The position numbers and the translations under genes are program-made. A DNA stretch of 64,000 bases. It comes from an uncultured Clostridia bacterium (GTDB lineage: Bacteria > Bacillota > Clostridia > Christensenellales > CAG-917). The notes below the pieces were generated by a model. That model had not been told where the DNA came from. It saw only the letters and a program-made list of their open reading frames with translations, and searched no databases. The stretch is taken from assembly GCA_949283145.1 (NCBI GenBank), contig CASDRL010000009.1, positions 1,283-65,282 of the forward strand, given 5' to 3'. Of this stretch, positions 48,683 to 57,685 are shown in pieces. Numbering within the stretch: position 1 is the first letter of the stretch; each line of letters starts with the position of its first letter.

Positions 48683-51600
48683 GTGAACAGATCTACCGAT
48701 TGGTCCAGAGCGACCACACGCAATTTGCAGAGCAAGAAGGGCATACTGTTCGCGAGCGTTGCCGTGGCTGCGGTGGCGGACATCGCGGCGCTGGCGGTGC
48801 TCCTTTATGAGGGCGCGGCGTGGATGTTCGTGCTGATCTCCGCGCTGATGCTCGCGGCGGATCTTGCGTTCCTGCTGCTTATTGCTGTTTCGAATTACAG
48901 GTTTAAGTACGCGCGCGCACAGTGGGTCGTCTACATACTGCTGACTCTTCTGCTGACGGCGGCGGCTCTTGTCGTAAACTTCGCTTTCGGCAGCACGTCC
49001 ATGACGCTGCTTGCCGCGGCCGTCATCGCGGCGGTGCATGTCGTCGGCGTGATCGTGATATTCTTCGCCGCGCTGCGTGCCGCGGGCACGAGACGGAGCC
49101 CGGAGCTCCCCGGCATGGTGGTCGCGCTCGTCGTCCTGCTCATATGCACCGCCGCATACGCAGGCTTTACCATCGAAGGCGGCTATTTCGGTCAGGGCGA
49201 GGACAACGTCGTGCGTGCGGTGATCTTCGAAGAGGACGGCGACGGCTATGCGGTGACGGGAGTCAGCGAAGGCAGGGGTAACACCGTCGTCATACCCGAG
49301 AAGATCAACGGCAAAGAGGTCACGAGTTTCAGCGCGGAGCTGTTCGCGGACGACAGCATTGAAAAGATCGTCGTCGAAAGCGAGGAATATATCCCCGTGG
49401 ACGGGCTCTCCGCCTCCCGGCTTTATGCGGGCTCGGTGAAGATGGAAGTGCACAAAAACAACATCGACCTCTACAAAGCGGCGTTGTACGACACCCGTTC
49501 TTCGTGGTCGAGAGGGTTTGCCGCCATCGCCAACGCCATGACCCCCATAGGGCTTGACGAGGGCGAAGTGTACATCACTTTCGCCTACGACGCGAGCGGG
49601 CTTTCGGAGGCGAGCGGCGATTATATCCCCACCTGGTTCGGCAGCGCGGGCGACAGGGCGGACATCTCCGAGATGGTCGGGGACATCCCGTATGCGGATC
49701 ACAACGACGTGAATGACGTGAACGATCTGCATCATTGCTATCTTTACAACGGCCGCATGATCATGCAGGCAAGAGACTCCGAGACGGGCGCACTCTTTAC
49801 GGGCGGCAGAGTTAACGGGAGCATGAGCCTGGATGTGACCTTCGAGAGAGTGTTCAGAGTGTCTCTCGGCGCGGGGAACGACACCAAGTATATCGCTCCG
49901 TCCGATTTTGCCGCCGCGGTCATCAACGGCGTGAGACAGAACTACTCCTATGTCACCGCGCCCATGGCGAATGATCTTGCGGCGCGGTTCCCGGAGCGTG
50001 AAGGTTTCGATCTTGCGTGGGATCTCGGCTTTGCGCTCGGCGGCATCTCCGACGACATTTCGGCGTCGCTTTCGACCGACAAGGCGCAGAGCAGTGTATC
50101 CTCTTTTGTGATGACTCCGGTCTGGACGATGCATTCGCCCGAGGTGAGCATCCTCGGCAGCGGAAACGTGACGAGCCTCACTTACGGCGATCCGCTCACC
50201 CTCGAGGCGGAAGTCATCGCGCCGTTTGACGGCTGCGAGTTCGTCTATGAGTGGAAGGACGCGGCAGACGAAGTGGTGTCTCAGGGCGAGACATATTCCG
50301 CTCTTCTCCCCCTGCCTGCGGACAGCGGCACCTATTCCCTCACCGTTACGGCAAAGGCGGATTCCACCTCCCTCACTTCCGAGGGCAGTGCGACAAGGCG
50401 TGTGAGCATAAGCAAACGGCAGCTCGAGCTGGAATGGAGCGTGCCGACGCAGGACAGCGGCAATGTGTACACCGGCTATGACTTCACTGTCAGCGCGTCT
50501 CCCGTGAATGCGGTCTCCGGCGACGATATCACCGTGACGGCGGATCCCGGCACGGTGCGGAATGCGGGCAATTACACCGCAAGAGCGACGATCGACGCGG
50601 AGTCCGGCGAAAAATATCGGCTTGCGGCAGGGACGGCGAGCATGGCTTTCTCCATTCTGCCGCACAGCGTGGACGCCCCCGAATGGGGGAGTGAGACGAG
50701 CTTTGTCTATGACGGAGAGTCGCATGCGCCCACTGCCGCGGTGCAGGGCGTCGGACCAGACGGCGCGCTGACCGTCACCGTTCAAGGCGGCGCGGTAAAT
50801 GCGGGCAGCTATACCGCGACGGCTGCGATCACGGGCGAAAACGCAGGCAACTATGTCATCGTCGACAAAACGACGGAGTTCGAGATCACGGCGCGTCCCG
50901 TTACCGTCGAGTGGACGGGGCAGACCTTCACCTACAACGGCGGCGTGCAGCATCCGACCGTGCAGTCCGTGAACGGAGAAGTGGAAGGGGAGGAGAGCGA
51001 TGTCATCGCGCTCATCACCTATTCCTATACGGATTGCGTGAACGCGGGCACGCATACAGTCACGGCACAGATCGCGGACGGCGAAAACTACAAGTTCGAA
51101 GCAGAGCAGGCAAAAGAGTTCGAGATCGACAGGATGGCGCTCGAGATCAACGCGCGCAACGCCGAAAAAGTGTACGACGGCAAGACATACGGTTTCACCA
51201 CTGCGGACATTTCCGTCGGAACGCTCGCGGACGGCGACAGCCTCTTCGAGGTCGTGAGTTCCGTGACTGCGGGCGGCGCGGGTGCGGCTGCCGTCGATGC
51301 GGGCAGCACGGAGTTCGAGCTCACGCTCGGTCACGGCGAAAAGTATGAAAACTATTCCGTCAGCGGCGATCTGACCGCCACGCTCAAGATCAACAAGCGC
51401 ACGGTCACGATGACTTGGGAGAGCACTTCCTTCGTCTACGACGGCACCGCCCGTCATCCGAAAGCGGCGTCGGTCGGAGGTGCGGTCTCCAGTGAGGAAG
51501 AGAGCGTGCGCGGGTCGATCGTGTACGGCGGCGATACGAGCGCGACAAAAGCCGGCAGCTACACCGTCACGGCAGAACTCCCCGATGACAGCAACTACAC

Positions 51601-52894
51601 CTTCTCCGCCGCGCAGAGGAAGACGTTCGCGATCGCGAAGCGCCCCGTCACCGTCGTGTGGACGGAGCAGACCTTCACCTACAATGGCGGCGTGCAGCAT
51701 CCGACCGTGCAATCCGTGGACGGAGAAGTGGAAGGGGAGGAGAGCACCGTCATCGGGCTCATCACCTATCTCGGTACGGCGGACTGCGTGAATGCGGGCA
51801 CGCATACGGTCACGGCGCAGATCGCGGAGGGCAACTATACATTCTCCGTCCCGCAGAGCAAGACGTTCGAGATCGAGAAACTGGCGGTCACCGTCGAGTG
51901 GGCGGAGCAGACCTTCACCTACAACGGCGAAGTGCAGCACCCCCGTGTGCAGTCCGTGAACGGCGAAGTGGAAGGGGAGGAGAGCATCGTCATCGGGCTC
52001 ATCACCTATTCCTACACGGATTGCAAGAACGCGGGCACGCATACGGTCACGGCGCAGATCGCGGAGGGCAACTATACCTTCTCCGCCCCGCAGAGCAAGA
52101 CGTTCGAGATCGCGAAACTTGCGGTCACCGTCGTGTGGGAAGAGCAGACTTTCATCTACAACGGCGAAGTGCAGTATCCGACCGTACAGTCCGTGAACGG
52201 CGCTGTCTCCGACGAGGAAGATATTGTGCTCGGTGCGCTGATCTACGGCGGCGACACCGCGGCAACGAACGCAGGCGGCTATACCGTGAATGTCACCCTG
52301 CCCGAGGAGAGCAACTACAAGTTCGACGCGGAGCAGTCAAAAGAGTTCGCGATCGCTCAGCGCGGCGTGACGCTCGTGTGGGAAGAGTCGAGTTTCGTCT
52401 ATGACGGCAACGCGCATCATCCGAGCGTGGTGTCTGTGGAAAACGCCGCCCCAGGTGAAGAGGCTGTATTGCTCGGAAAGATAGAGTATTCGGGCAATAT
52501 TGAAGCGACCGACGCGGGCGGATATGCCGTCACGGCAAGCATCGCCGACGACAATTACACGATCACGGGCGGCGGTGAAAAGGCATTTACCATCAGCGCC
52601 GCACCGGTGTCCGTATCCTGGTCCGGCACGGAATTCGAAGAGGACGAAACCGCTCATTTTCCGGAGTTCATCTGTGATTTTGAAGGTATAAAGGTCGAGT
52701 TTGAGTATTATGAGGTGATCGACGGCGAGCGCGGCGAGAAGCTGGAAAGCGCGCCGTCGGCAGCCGGAAGTTATATCGTGGTCGCGGCGATAGAAGGCGC
52801 GGAGAATTTCATCGTGGACGGGGAGACCGAGTGCGCATTCACGATTGTCGCGGCGCAGGATGACGCGGAGCAAAACGGAGGGGAAAGCATATGA
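48683..52894 (+). CDS. Giant membrane protein: N-terminal 5-TM bundle plus ~1200-aa repeat-rich (LRR/Listeria-Bacteroides-repeat/MBG-like Ig) ectodomain
   Basis: 1403 aa, GTG start with an AGGAGGA RBS. Five hydrophobic helices lie within aa ~20-165. About 9-10 repeats of ~79 aa follow, of the form 'V.W....F.Y.G..H.P......(E/D)E.....I.Y.G......AG.YTV.A......NY.F.....K.F.I'. Confidence 0.85.
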   Translation: MNRSTDWSRATTRNLQSKKGILFASVAVAAVADIAALAVLLYEGAAWMFVLISALMLAADLAFLLLIAVSNYRFKYARAQWVVYILLTLLLTAAALVVNFAFGSTSMTLLAAAVIAAVHVVGVIVIFFAALRAAGTRRSPELPGMVVALVVLLICTAAYAGFTIEGGYFGQGEDNVVRAVIFEEDGDGYAVTGVSEGRGNTVVIPEKINGKEVTSFSAELFADDSIEKIVVESEEYIPVDGLSASRLYAGSVKMEVHKNNIDLYKAALYDTRSSWSRGFAAIANAMTPIGLDEGEVYITFAYDASGLSEASGDYIPTWFGSAGDRADISEMVGDIPYADHNDVNDVNDLHHCYLYNGRMIMQARDSETGALFTGGRVNGSMSLDVTFERVFRVSLGAGNDTKYIAPSDFAAAVINGVRQNYSYVTAPMANDLAARFPEREGFDLAWDLGFALGGISDDISASLSTDKAQSSVSSFVMTPVWTMHSPEVSILGSGNVTSLTYGDPLTLEAEVIAPFDGCEFVYEWKDAADEVVSQGETYSALLPLPADSGTYSLTVTAKADSTSLTSEGSATRRVSISKRQLELEWSVPTQDSGNVYTGYDFTVSASPVNAVSGDDITVTADPGTVRNAGNYTARATIDAESGEKYRLAAGTASMAFSILPHSVDAPEWGSETSFVYDGESHAPTAAVQGVGPDGALTVTVQGGAVNAGSYTATAAITGENAGNYVIVDKTTEFEITARPVTVEWTGQTFTYNGGVQHPTVQSVNGEVEGEESDVIALITYSYTDCVNAGTHTVTAQIADGENYKFEAEQAKEFEIDRMALEINARNAEKVYDGKTYGFTTADISVGTLADGDSLFEVVSSVTAGGAGAAAVDAGSTEFELTLGHGEKYENYSVSGDLTATLKINKRTVTMTWESTSFVYDGTARHPKAASVGGAVSSEEESVRGSIVYGGDTSATKAGSYTVTAELPDDSNYTFSAAQRKTFAIAKRPVTVVWTEQTFTYNGGVQHPTVQSVDGEVEGEESTVIGLITYLGTADCVNAGTHTVTAQIAEGNYTFSVPQSKTFEIEKLAVTVEWAEQTFTYNGEVQHPRVQSVNGEVEGEESIVIGLITYSYTDCKNAGTHTVTAQIAEGNYTFSAPQSKTFEIAKLAVTVVWEEQTFIYNGEVQYPTVQSVNGAVSDEEDIVLGALIYGGDTAATNAGGYTVNVTLPEESNYKFDAEQSKEFAIAQRGVTLVWEESSFVYDGNAHHPSVVSVENAAPGEEAVLLGKIEYSGNIEATDAGGYAVTASIADDNYTITGGGEKAFTISAAPVSVSWSGTEFEEDETAHFPEFICDFEGIKVEFEYYEVIDGERGEKLESAPSAAGSYIVVAAIEGAENFIVDGETECAFTIVAAQDDAEQNGGESI
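50900..52360 (+). repeat. Near-identical 237-240-bp intragenic tandem repeats
   Basis: Units start at 50900, 51647, 51887 and 52124, so the last three are spaced 240 and 237 bp. They share long identical runs such as cagaccttcacctacaa.ggcg and aa.gcgggcacgcata..gtcacggc.cagatcgcgga. Confidence 0.8.
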
Positions 52895-54045
52895 AATGTT
52901 CCAAATGCGGGTTTGAACAGGACAAGCCGTTGGAGACTTATGACGGCAGGCTGTGGTGCGTCAGCTGCCGCAAGCCGCTGACCAACAGTACGCCGAAGTT
53001 CACCTTCACGGTTGACGGAGAAAAGCTGTTCGAGCTTTCCGAGATATACTACTACAACTATCTGACGAAGGCGTCGCGCAGCGTGGCGTTCTCGGACAGC
53101 CCCTCCGGGAGCATGGCGGACATGCTCGCCGCCGCCGAAGAGGCGCGCGGGCTCATCGTGAAAGCGGTCGCCTATTGCACCGACGCGGCGCGGCTCGGCG
53201 ATCCGAGGGCGGTCGCGCGGCTCGCCTATTATTACGATATGGATTACGCCGAGCCCGACCGCAACGAAGCCATGAGGTGTAAGATCGCGGCGGATTACTA
53301 CAAAGCGGTGTGCTGCTGCACCGATGACGTGGCGGGGATGCGCCGCGAAGAGGGCTGCCGCGGCATGACGAGCGCGGAATGGAACGCCTTGCAGGTGGAT
53401 GCGGCAACGCGTATGATGCGCATGCTGGCGTCCGCTCCCAACGGGGTGCCCGGCTATAAGAACACCGCGAAGCTGCTCGACGAGATCAGATCCGTCACGG
53501 GCAAGGACATCCCCGCGCCCGAGAGCGCAGTTGCCGGCAGGCAGAATGCGGCGATCGCCACCGAAAGGATCCTCCGTTCCTGCATGAGCAATACGCGCGC
53601 GCCCCTGGTCGCCGTATGCGAGATGACGGCGGAGGAGCTTGCGCAGCTGTTCGACAAGGAATTCGCGCGGAGCATGATGAAGAAGGTGACGATGATCCTG
53701 ATCACGGGCACGGAAGAGGGCAGAGAGAGCACGGGGCTCACGGAAGAGAAGGGCATGGCGAGCGCGATCAAGCGCGTCGACGGCTCGGCTTATCTCATGA
53801 TCCTCAACACCCAGGGCAAGCACGCGCTCGGCAAAAGCAAGGCGAAGAGGATAGTGAAGCTCTTCGAGGCATACGGCAGCGGCACCAGCGCCTACACCGA
53901 AGAGGTCATCCGCGGGTGTCCGGGAGGATGCACTCTTTACGACGACGATTTCATCATCCATATGGGACAGGGCGTGATGGGCGGCGTGAAAGCCGCGGCA
54001 GACAGGCTTATGGACTACATCAACGACCGCAGCGCGGAAGCGTGA
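52891..54045 (+). CDS. N-terminal zinc-ribbon protein with a Sel1-like repeat; function unknown
   Basis: 384 aa with an ATGA overlap with the upstream gene. 'CSKCGFEQ...WCVSCRK'. 'AVAYCTDAARLGDPRAVARLAYYYDMDYAEPDRNEAMRCKIAADYYKAV' resembles Sel1/TPR-like repeats. Confidence 0.65.
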   Translation: MKCSKCGFEQDKPLETYDGRLWCVSCRKPLTNSTPKFTFTVDGEKLFELSEIYYYNYLTKASRSVAFSDSPSGSMADMLAAAEEARGLIVKAVAYCTDAARLGDPRAVARLAYYYDMDYAEPDRNEAMRCKIAADYYKAVCCCTDDVAGMRREEGCRGMTSAEWNALQVDAATRMMRMLASAPNGVPGYKNTAKLLDEIRSVTGKDIPAPESAVAGRQNAAIATERILRSCMSNTRAPLVAVCEMTAEELAQLFDKEFARSMMKKVTMILITGTEEGRESTGLTEEKGMASAIKRVDGSAYLMILNTQGKHALGKSKAKRIVKLFEAYGSGTSAYTEEVIRGCPGGCTLYDDDFIIHMGQGVMGGVKAAADRLMDYINDRSAEA

Positions 54046-54094
54046 CGCGGTGAGGCACAAAAAAAGAACGACGGAAAACAAAGGAGAAGCTCAA

Positions 54095-55654
54095 ATGGCA
54101 GAAAACAATGTATCTGTGAACGAGATCATAAACGTGCTCAAAGCGGCGGGTGTGGACATCGACCGCGATTTCGCCATCGCGTTTTCGCGCGGGTTTGCGA
54201 GCGCCGCATGCGGGAACACCGCAAATAAAGCGCTGGAAGATATGGATGTCATCACGCGCGCGGGGATCAATGCGGGCTACACCCGCGATATGAAGCGCGC
54301 TCTTGCCGATCTTATGGAAGTGATCGCGGATGCGGCAAAAGAGAGAAGGAAGGGCGTGAGCGTGAAGGAGGAGCGCGAGCTCGAAGCCAAGCGCGCGGAG
54401 ATCATGAGCGGGCTCAAACTGCCTTCCTTGGTTTCCGCAAACGAGGCGAAGAAGCTGACGTTGCAATATATCGACGTCGCGCTGCGCGCCATCCCGAGGA
54501 TCAAAAACGAATATCCGCATCTGGGAGAACATCTGGATGCGAGCGAAAAGGTGCTCTCCGAGCTGAGACAGCAGGTGGAGAGCGTGCGCGACGGCACCAC
54601 CGCGAACGCACTGGCGAAGGCGGACGAGATCAACACCATCCTGCGCGACTGGCGCAAGAATGCGAGCGGCGCGGTGCTCACGCACGAGGATGTTGTCATG
54701 CTCGAGGACGCCCGCGCGATCGCGGACGAGTGGGCGCGTCTGTGCGAGCCGCTGTCCTCCCGCAACAAAGTGAAGGCGGATGACCGGCGTCTCATTTACA
54801 TCGTAGACCTCATCGACAATGACACGACCGCGGGAAGGAACAGACTGGAAAGCCTGAAAGCCAGCCTCGGTGTGTATCAGGACAAGCTCGACAAGCGTTT
54901 CGAGATGAAAGAACTGGAAAGTGAGATCGCGGAGATCGCGGAAAAACGCGGCGAAAAGGAAGGGGAGATGCGACAGCTTAAGAGGGACTGGCAGAACGGG
55001 CGCATCCCCCGCAGCGAAAGCGTCACCGTCCTCACCAAGCGCGACAGGCTGACGAAGGAGATCGACAGGCTGAAAGACAGAGAAAACAAACTCTATGCCC
55101 GAAAGGACAAGAGGACGGAATCACTCACTAAAGCGCAGGAAGTCGTCGATCTGGTCAACGAGTACATCATATGGCCTCTCGAGAACGCGCTGGAAGACAA
55201 CCCGGAGCTGTTCCGCAGTCTGACGGAAGGTCCCTCTCCCGCGCTCCGTGCCGCGATGGAAAGAGAAGGATTGAAGATAGAGCCGATAAACTTTGCCGCC
55301 GTCATGGATCTTGCCAAGGGCGTGTTCAACGGCGAAGAACTGGCGAGGATCATGATCCAGATCAAAAACATAATAATGGGCTACCACATCGGCGACAAGA
55401 ATCTGGACACATTCATCGAACGCGTCGGCGGGCTTGCAGAGACATCGCAGAAGATCAAGGACGACCTCGACGCTTTGAAAGCGATCCCCACCAATAAAAA
55501 CAAGAGCGACGAACTCAAGCAGGCGGCGAAAGACGCAGCGGACAAGCTCGATCAGGAATGGGGAATCGACGATGAGGAGGAAGAGCCCGTCTTCGAGGAC
55601 GAAGAGGGAGAGAAGGAATTCTCGTTCCGCAATCTGAACCCCGGCGACCTTTGA
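54095..55654 (+). CDS. Long helical/coiled-coil protein with acidic C-terminal tail; function unknown
   Basis: AAAGGAGA RBS before ATG 54095 (the track starts at GTG 54050). Heptad-like charged stretches such as 'KELESEIAEIAEKRGEKEGEMRQLKRD'. Tail 'EWGIDDEEEEPVFEDEEGEKEF'. Confidence 0.65.
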   Translation: MAENNVSVNEIINVLKAAGVDIDRDFAIAFSRGFASAACGNTANKALEDMDVITRAGINAGYTRDMKRALADLMEVIADAAKERRKGVSVKEERELEAKRAEIMSGLKLPSLVSANEAKKLTLQYIDVALRAIPRIKNEYPHLGEHLDASEKVLSELRQQVESVRDGTTANALAKADEINTILRDWRKNASGAVLTHEDVVMLEDARAIADEWARLCEPLSSRNKVKADDRRLIYIVDLIDNDTTAGRNRLESLKASLGVYQDKLDKRFEMKELESEIAEIAEKRGEKEGEMRQLKRDWQNGRIPRSESVTVLTKRDRLTKEIDRLKDRENKLYARKDKRTESLTKAQEVVDLVNEYIIWPLENALEDNPELFRSLTEGPSPALRAAMEREGLKIEPINFAAVMDLAKGVFNGEELARIMIQIKNIIMGYHIGDKNLDTFIERVGGLAETSQKIKDDLDALKAIPTNKNKSDELKQAAKDAADKLDQEWGIDDEEEEPVFEDEEGEKEFSFRNLNPGDL

Positions 55655-55681
55655 GATGATGTGAAGAGGGGAGTGTGAGCG

Positions 55682-57667
55682 ATGCTTACCTATAACGATA
55701 TCGAAAAGGCAAGGGCGGCTTATTTCGGCAGCGTGGACGTCGTCGGGCTCAAGCGGCATTGCGAGCAGATGAAGAGGGTGCTCGCGGGCAGCTGGGCGGA
55801 TAAGTCTACCAAGAAGTATGCGGCGGCTTTCATGTACAAGACCGCATGCAAGTCGCTCATGCTCGTCTATTTCGGCAGCGGCGTGTACAGAGAAGATGAT
55901 TTCAACGTCCTCAAAACGTTCGTAGAGGGCGCTGTTCCCGACGCGGAGCGCGTCGGCTTGCCCGACACGTGCCGGGTCCTCGGCAACTGTCTCACTTTTG
56001 CCGAAAAAGTGAATGCGGTCATGAAGGACGTCGCCGAAGTGAGCGCGCGCGTGCATGACGACGGGTGGAAGTGCGTGGCACGTTCCGCGGAGGAGTGCAA
56101 AGAGGCGGCGGCGGTTTTTGAGGAAAAGATCGCCACGCTCACCGAAGACGACGAAGAAGGATCCCTCTTCGGCAAGGGCGTCGTGTGCCCCGATTTTGTC
56201 GATGAAGCCGTCGAATATCTTCGCCGCGAAATGGAGTTCGCCCGGGCGCATGCGGATGAGTTCGAAGACAAAAGCCTGAGGAAGATCCTGCGCGAAAAGG
56301 TGGTCTTTGAGGACGACGAGCGCAAAAAAGGCTGGGAAGTGACCCAAAGTGCGGGCGCGCTTTACGGCGGTCTTGCTTCCGTGCACGTCCTGTGCACCCC
56401 CTTTACGGACGAGCTCAAGCTCTTCGTCGCGGCGCACACCGATGACGGCAGCGTCAGGCTGGCTTCCGCTTCCGCGGCGGATCTGCTCACTTCTTCTTCG
56501 GCGGATCGCGACAAGCTCGCGGACGCGCTGGTGAAGATGAGGGTGGACCTCATCGTGACGGGCATCACCGCTTATCTTACGGAAGAGGGGATGGAGCCAG
56601 TCATCGGGATGCTGCTCGGCATAGGCAGAAAGGGCAGGAAAGTGTACGTCATGGACACTTCCGGCGCCCGTCCCGTCTATGACGCTTTCGTGGAAGCAGC
56701 CAGGAAGAGCGGCGCCGCCACCGATGTGGATTTCGCCTATCTCGGGATGCCGAAATATACCAGCGTGATCAAGCGGCTGCAGGAGAGCGAGATCATCGGC
56801 ATGTCCGCGGAGGACACGGAATTCGTGCGCAAGAAGCTGCCGTTCATGGGATATGTCGGGTTCAACGCCATTCTTTCCTCGCGTTCGGACAGCTGGCGGG
56901 AGACGGCGCAGGAGCATTCCGACAAGAATGTTTCCGCCGCCAACAAGTATATCCCGTCCCTCCCGGATCAGGAGCTTTTCATCGACGATGACTGGGGCGA
57001 CTATTCCAAGAATATAGCGGCGGTCGAGTCGCAGCGGCTGTGTTTCGATTACGACGACATCCCCATGTTCAACGAGGCGAACATCCGCAAGATCACGGAG
57101 TCCACCGCGATAGGCGTCATCGCCAAATGCGGGCTCATCAGCGAATATTGCCTGCTGCGCGGGGCGGACAGATCCACCTGGGAGACGCTGAGCAGAGAGG
57201 AGATGTCCGAGAGAGTGACGGAAGCGACGCGGCTCGTGCTCCGCACGCTCGGCATCATCAAAAAACCCGTCGTCGAAGTGCTCGACAAGTTGGATACCAA
57301 GGGGGCGGGAGGCATCTGCTACAACGGCGGCGAGAGGATAGTCTATCTTTACAGATGCGTGAAGAATTACGACTGGATGCGCGGCGCTGTCTGTCACGAA
57401 TGCTTCCATGCATTGCAGCACAAAGCGATGTACGGCGGCTGGTTCGATTGGCTCATGCGCGAGTTCGGCGTCACCCGAGGCAGAGTGAAGCAGTGGAGGG
57501 TCAACAGCCTCGGCGACGAAGACGGCGGCATCAAGGGCAAATACTTCCAAATAGACACAAATGAGACCGCTTATCTGGTGCAGATCTTCGAGAGCGACGC
57601 GCGCGCTTTCGAGTTCGATTGCGCAGAGGCGGCAAACGCGGTGAGACACACCATAGATTTCGAATAA
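55682..57667 (+). CDS. Protein with a C-terminal HExxH (zincin-like) module; function unknown
   Basis: 661 aa. 'AVCHECFHALQH' (HExxH at 57395-57409) is followed ~50 aa later by 'FESDARAFEFD'. This recalls the ImmA/IrrE-type HExxH...E..A..FA pattern. Confidence 0.65.
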   Translation: MLTYNDIEKARAAYFGSVDVVGLKRHCEQMKRVLAGSWADKSTKKYAAAFMYKTACKSLMLVYFGSGVYREDDFNVLKTFVEGAVPDAERVGLPDTCRVLGNCLTFAEKVNAVMKDVAEVSARVHDDGWKCVARSAEECKEAAAVFEEKIATLTEDDEEGSLFGKGVVCPDFVDEAVEYLRREMEFARAHADEFEDKSLRKILREKVVFEDDERKKGWEVTQSAGALYGGLASVHVLCTPFTDELKLFVAAHTDDGSVRLASASAADLLTSSSADRDKLADALVKMRVDLIVTGITAYLTEEGMEPVIGMLLGIGRKGRKVYVMDTSGARPVYDAFVEAARKSGAATDVDFAYLGMPKYTSVIKRLQESEIIGMSAEDTEFVRKKLPFMGYVGFNAILSSRSDSWRETAQEHSDKNVSAANKYIPSLPDQELFIDDDWGDYSKNIAAVESQRLCFDYDDIPMFNEANIRKITESTAIGVIAKCGLISEYCLLRGADRSTWETLSREEMSERVTEATRLVLRTLGIIKKPVVEVLDKLDTKGAGGICYNGGERIVYLYRCVKNYDWMRGAVCHECFHALQHKAMYGGWFDWLMREFGVTRGRVKQWRVNSLGDEDGGIKGKYFQIDTNETAYLVQIFESDARAFEFDCAEAANAVRHTIDFE

Positions 57668-57685
57668 AACAGGGGGGGATACGGC

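Noticed and set aside
48383-52042. 1219-aa ORF on the minus strand, plus similar long antisense ORFs at 55121-58528, 45026-46957, 42027-43943, 60758-62314, 37218-39692 and 14793-16724.
   Set aside because: They are exact antisense shadows of well-supported genes in a GC-rich genome, where stop codons are rare. Their translations are Arg/Gly/Ala/His-rich low-complexity strings without motifs, RBS or sensible starts.
50900-52360. Regular ~240-bp periodicity, considered as a CRISPR-like or satellite array.
   Set aside because: The repeats are in-frame, protein-coding domain repeats within one long ORF. The period and the lack of unique spacers are incompatible with CRISPR.
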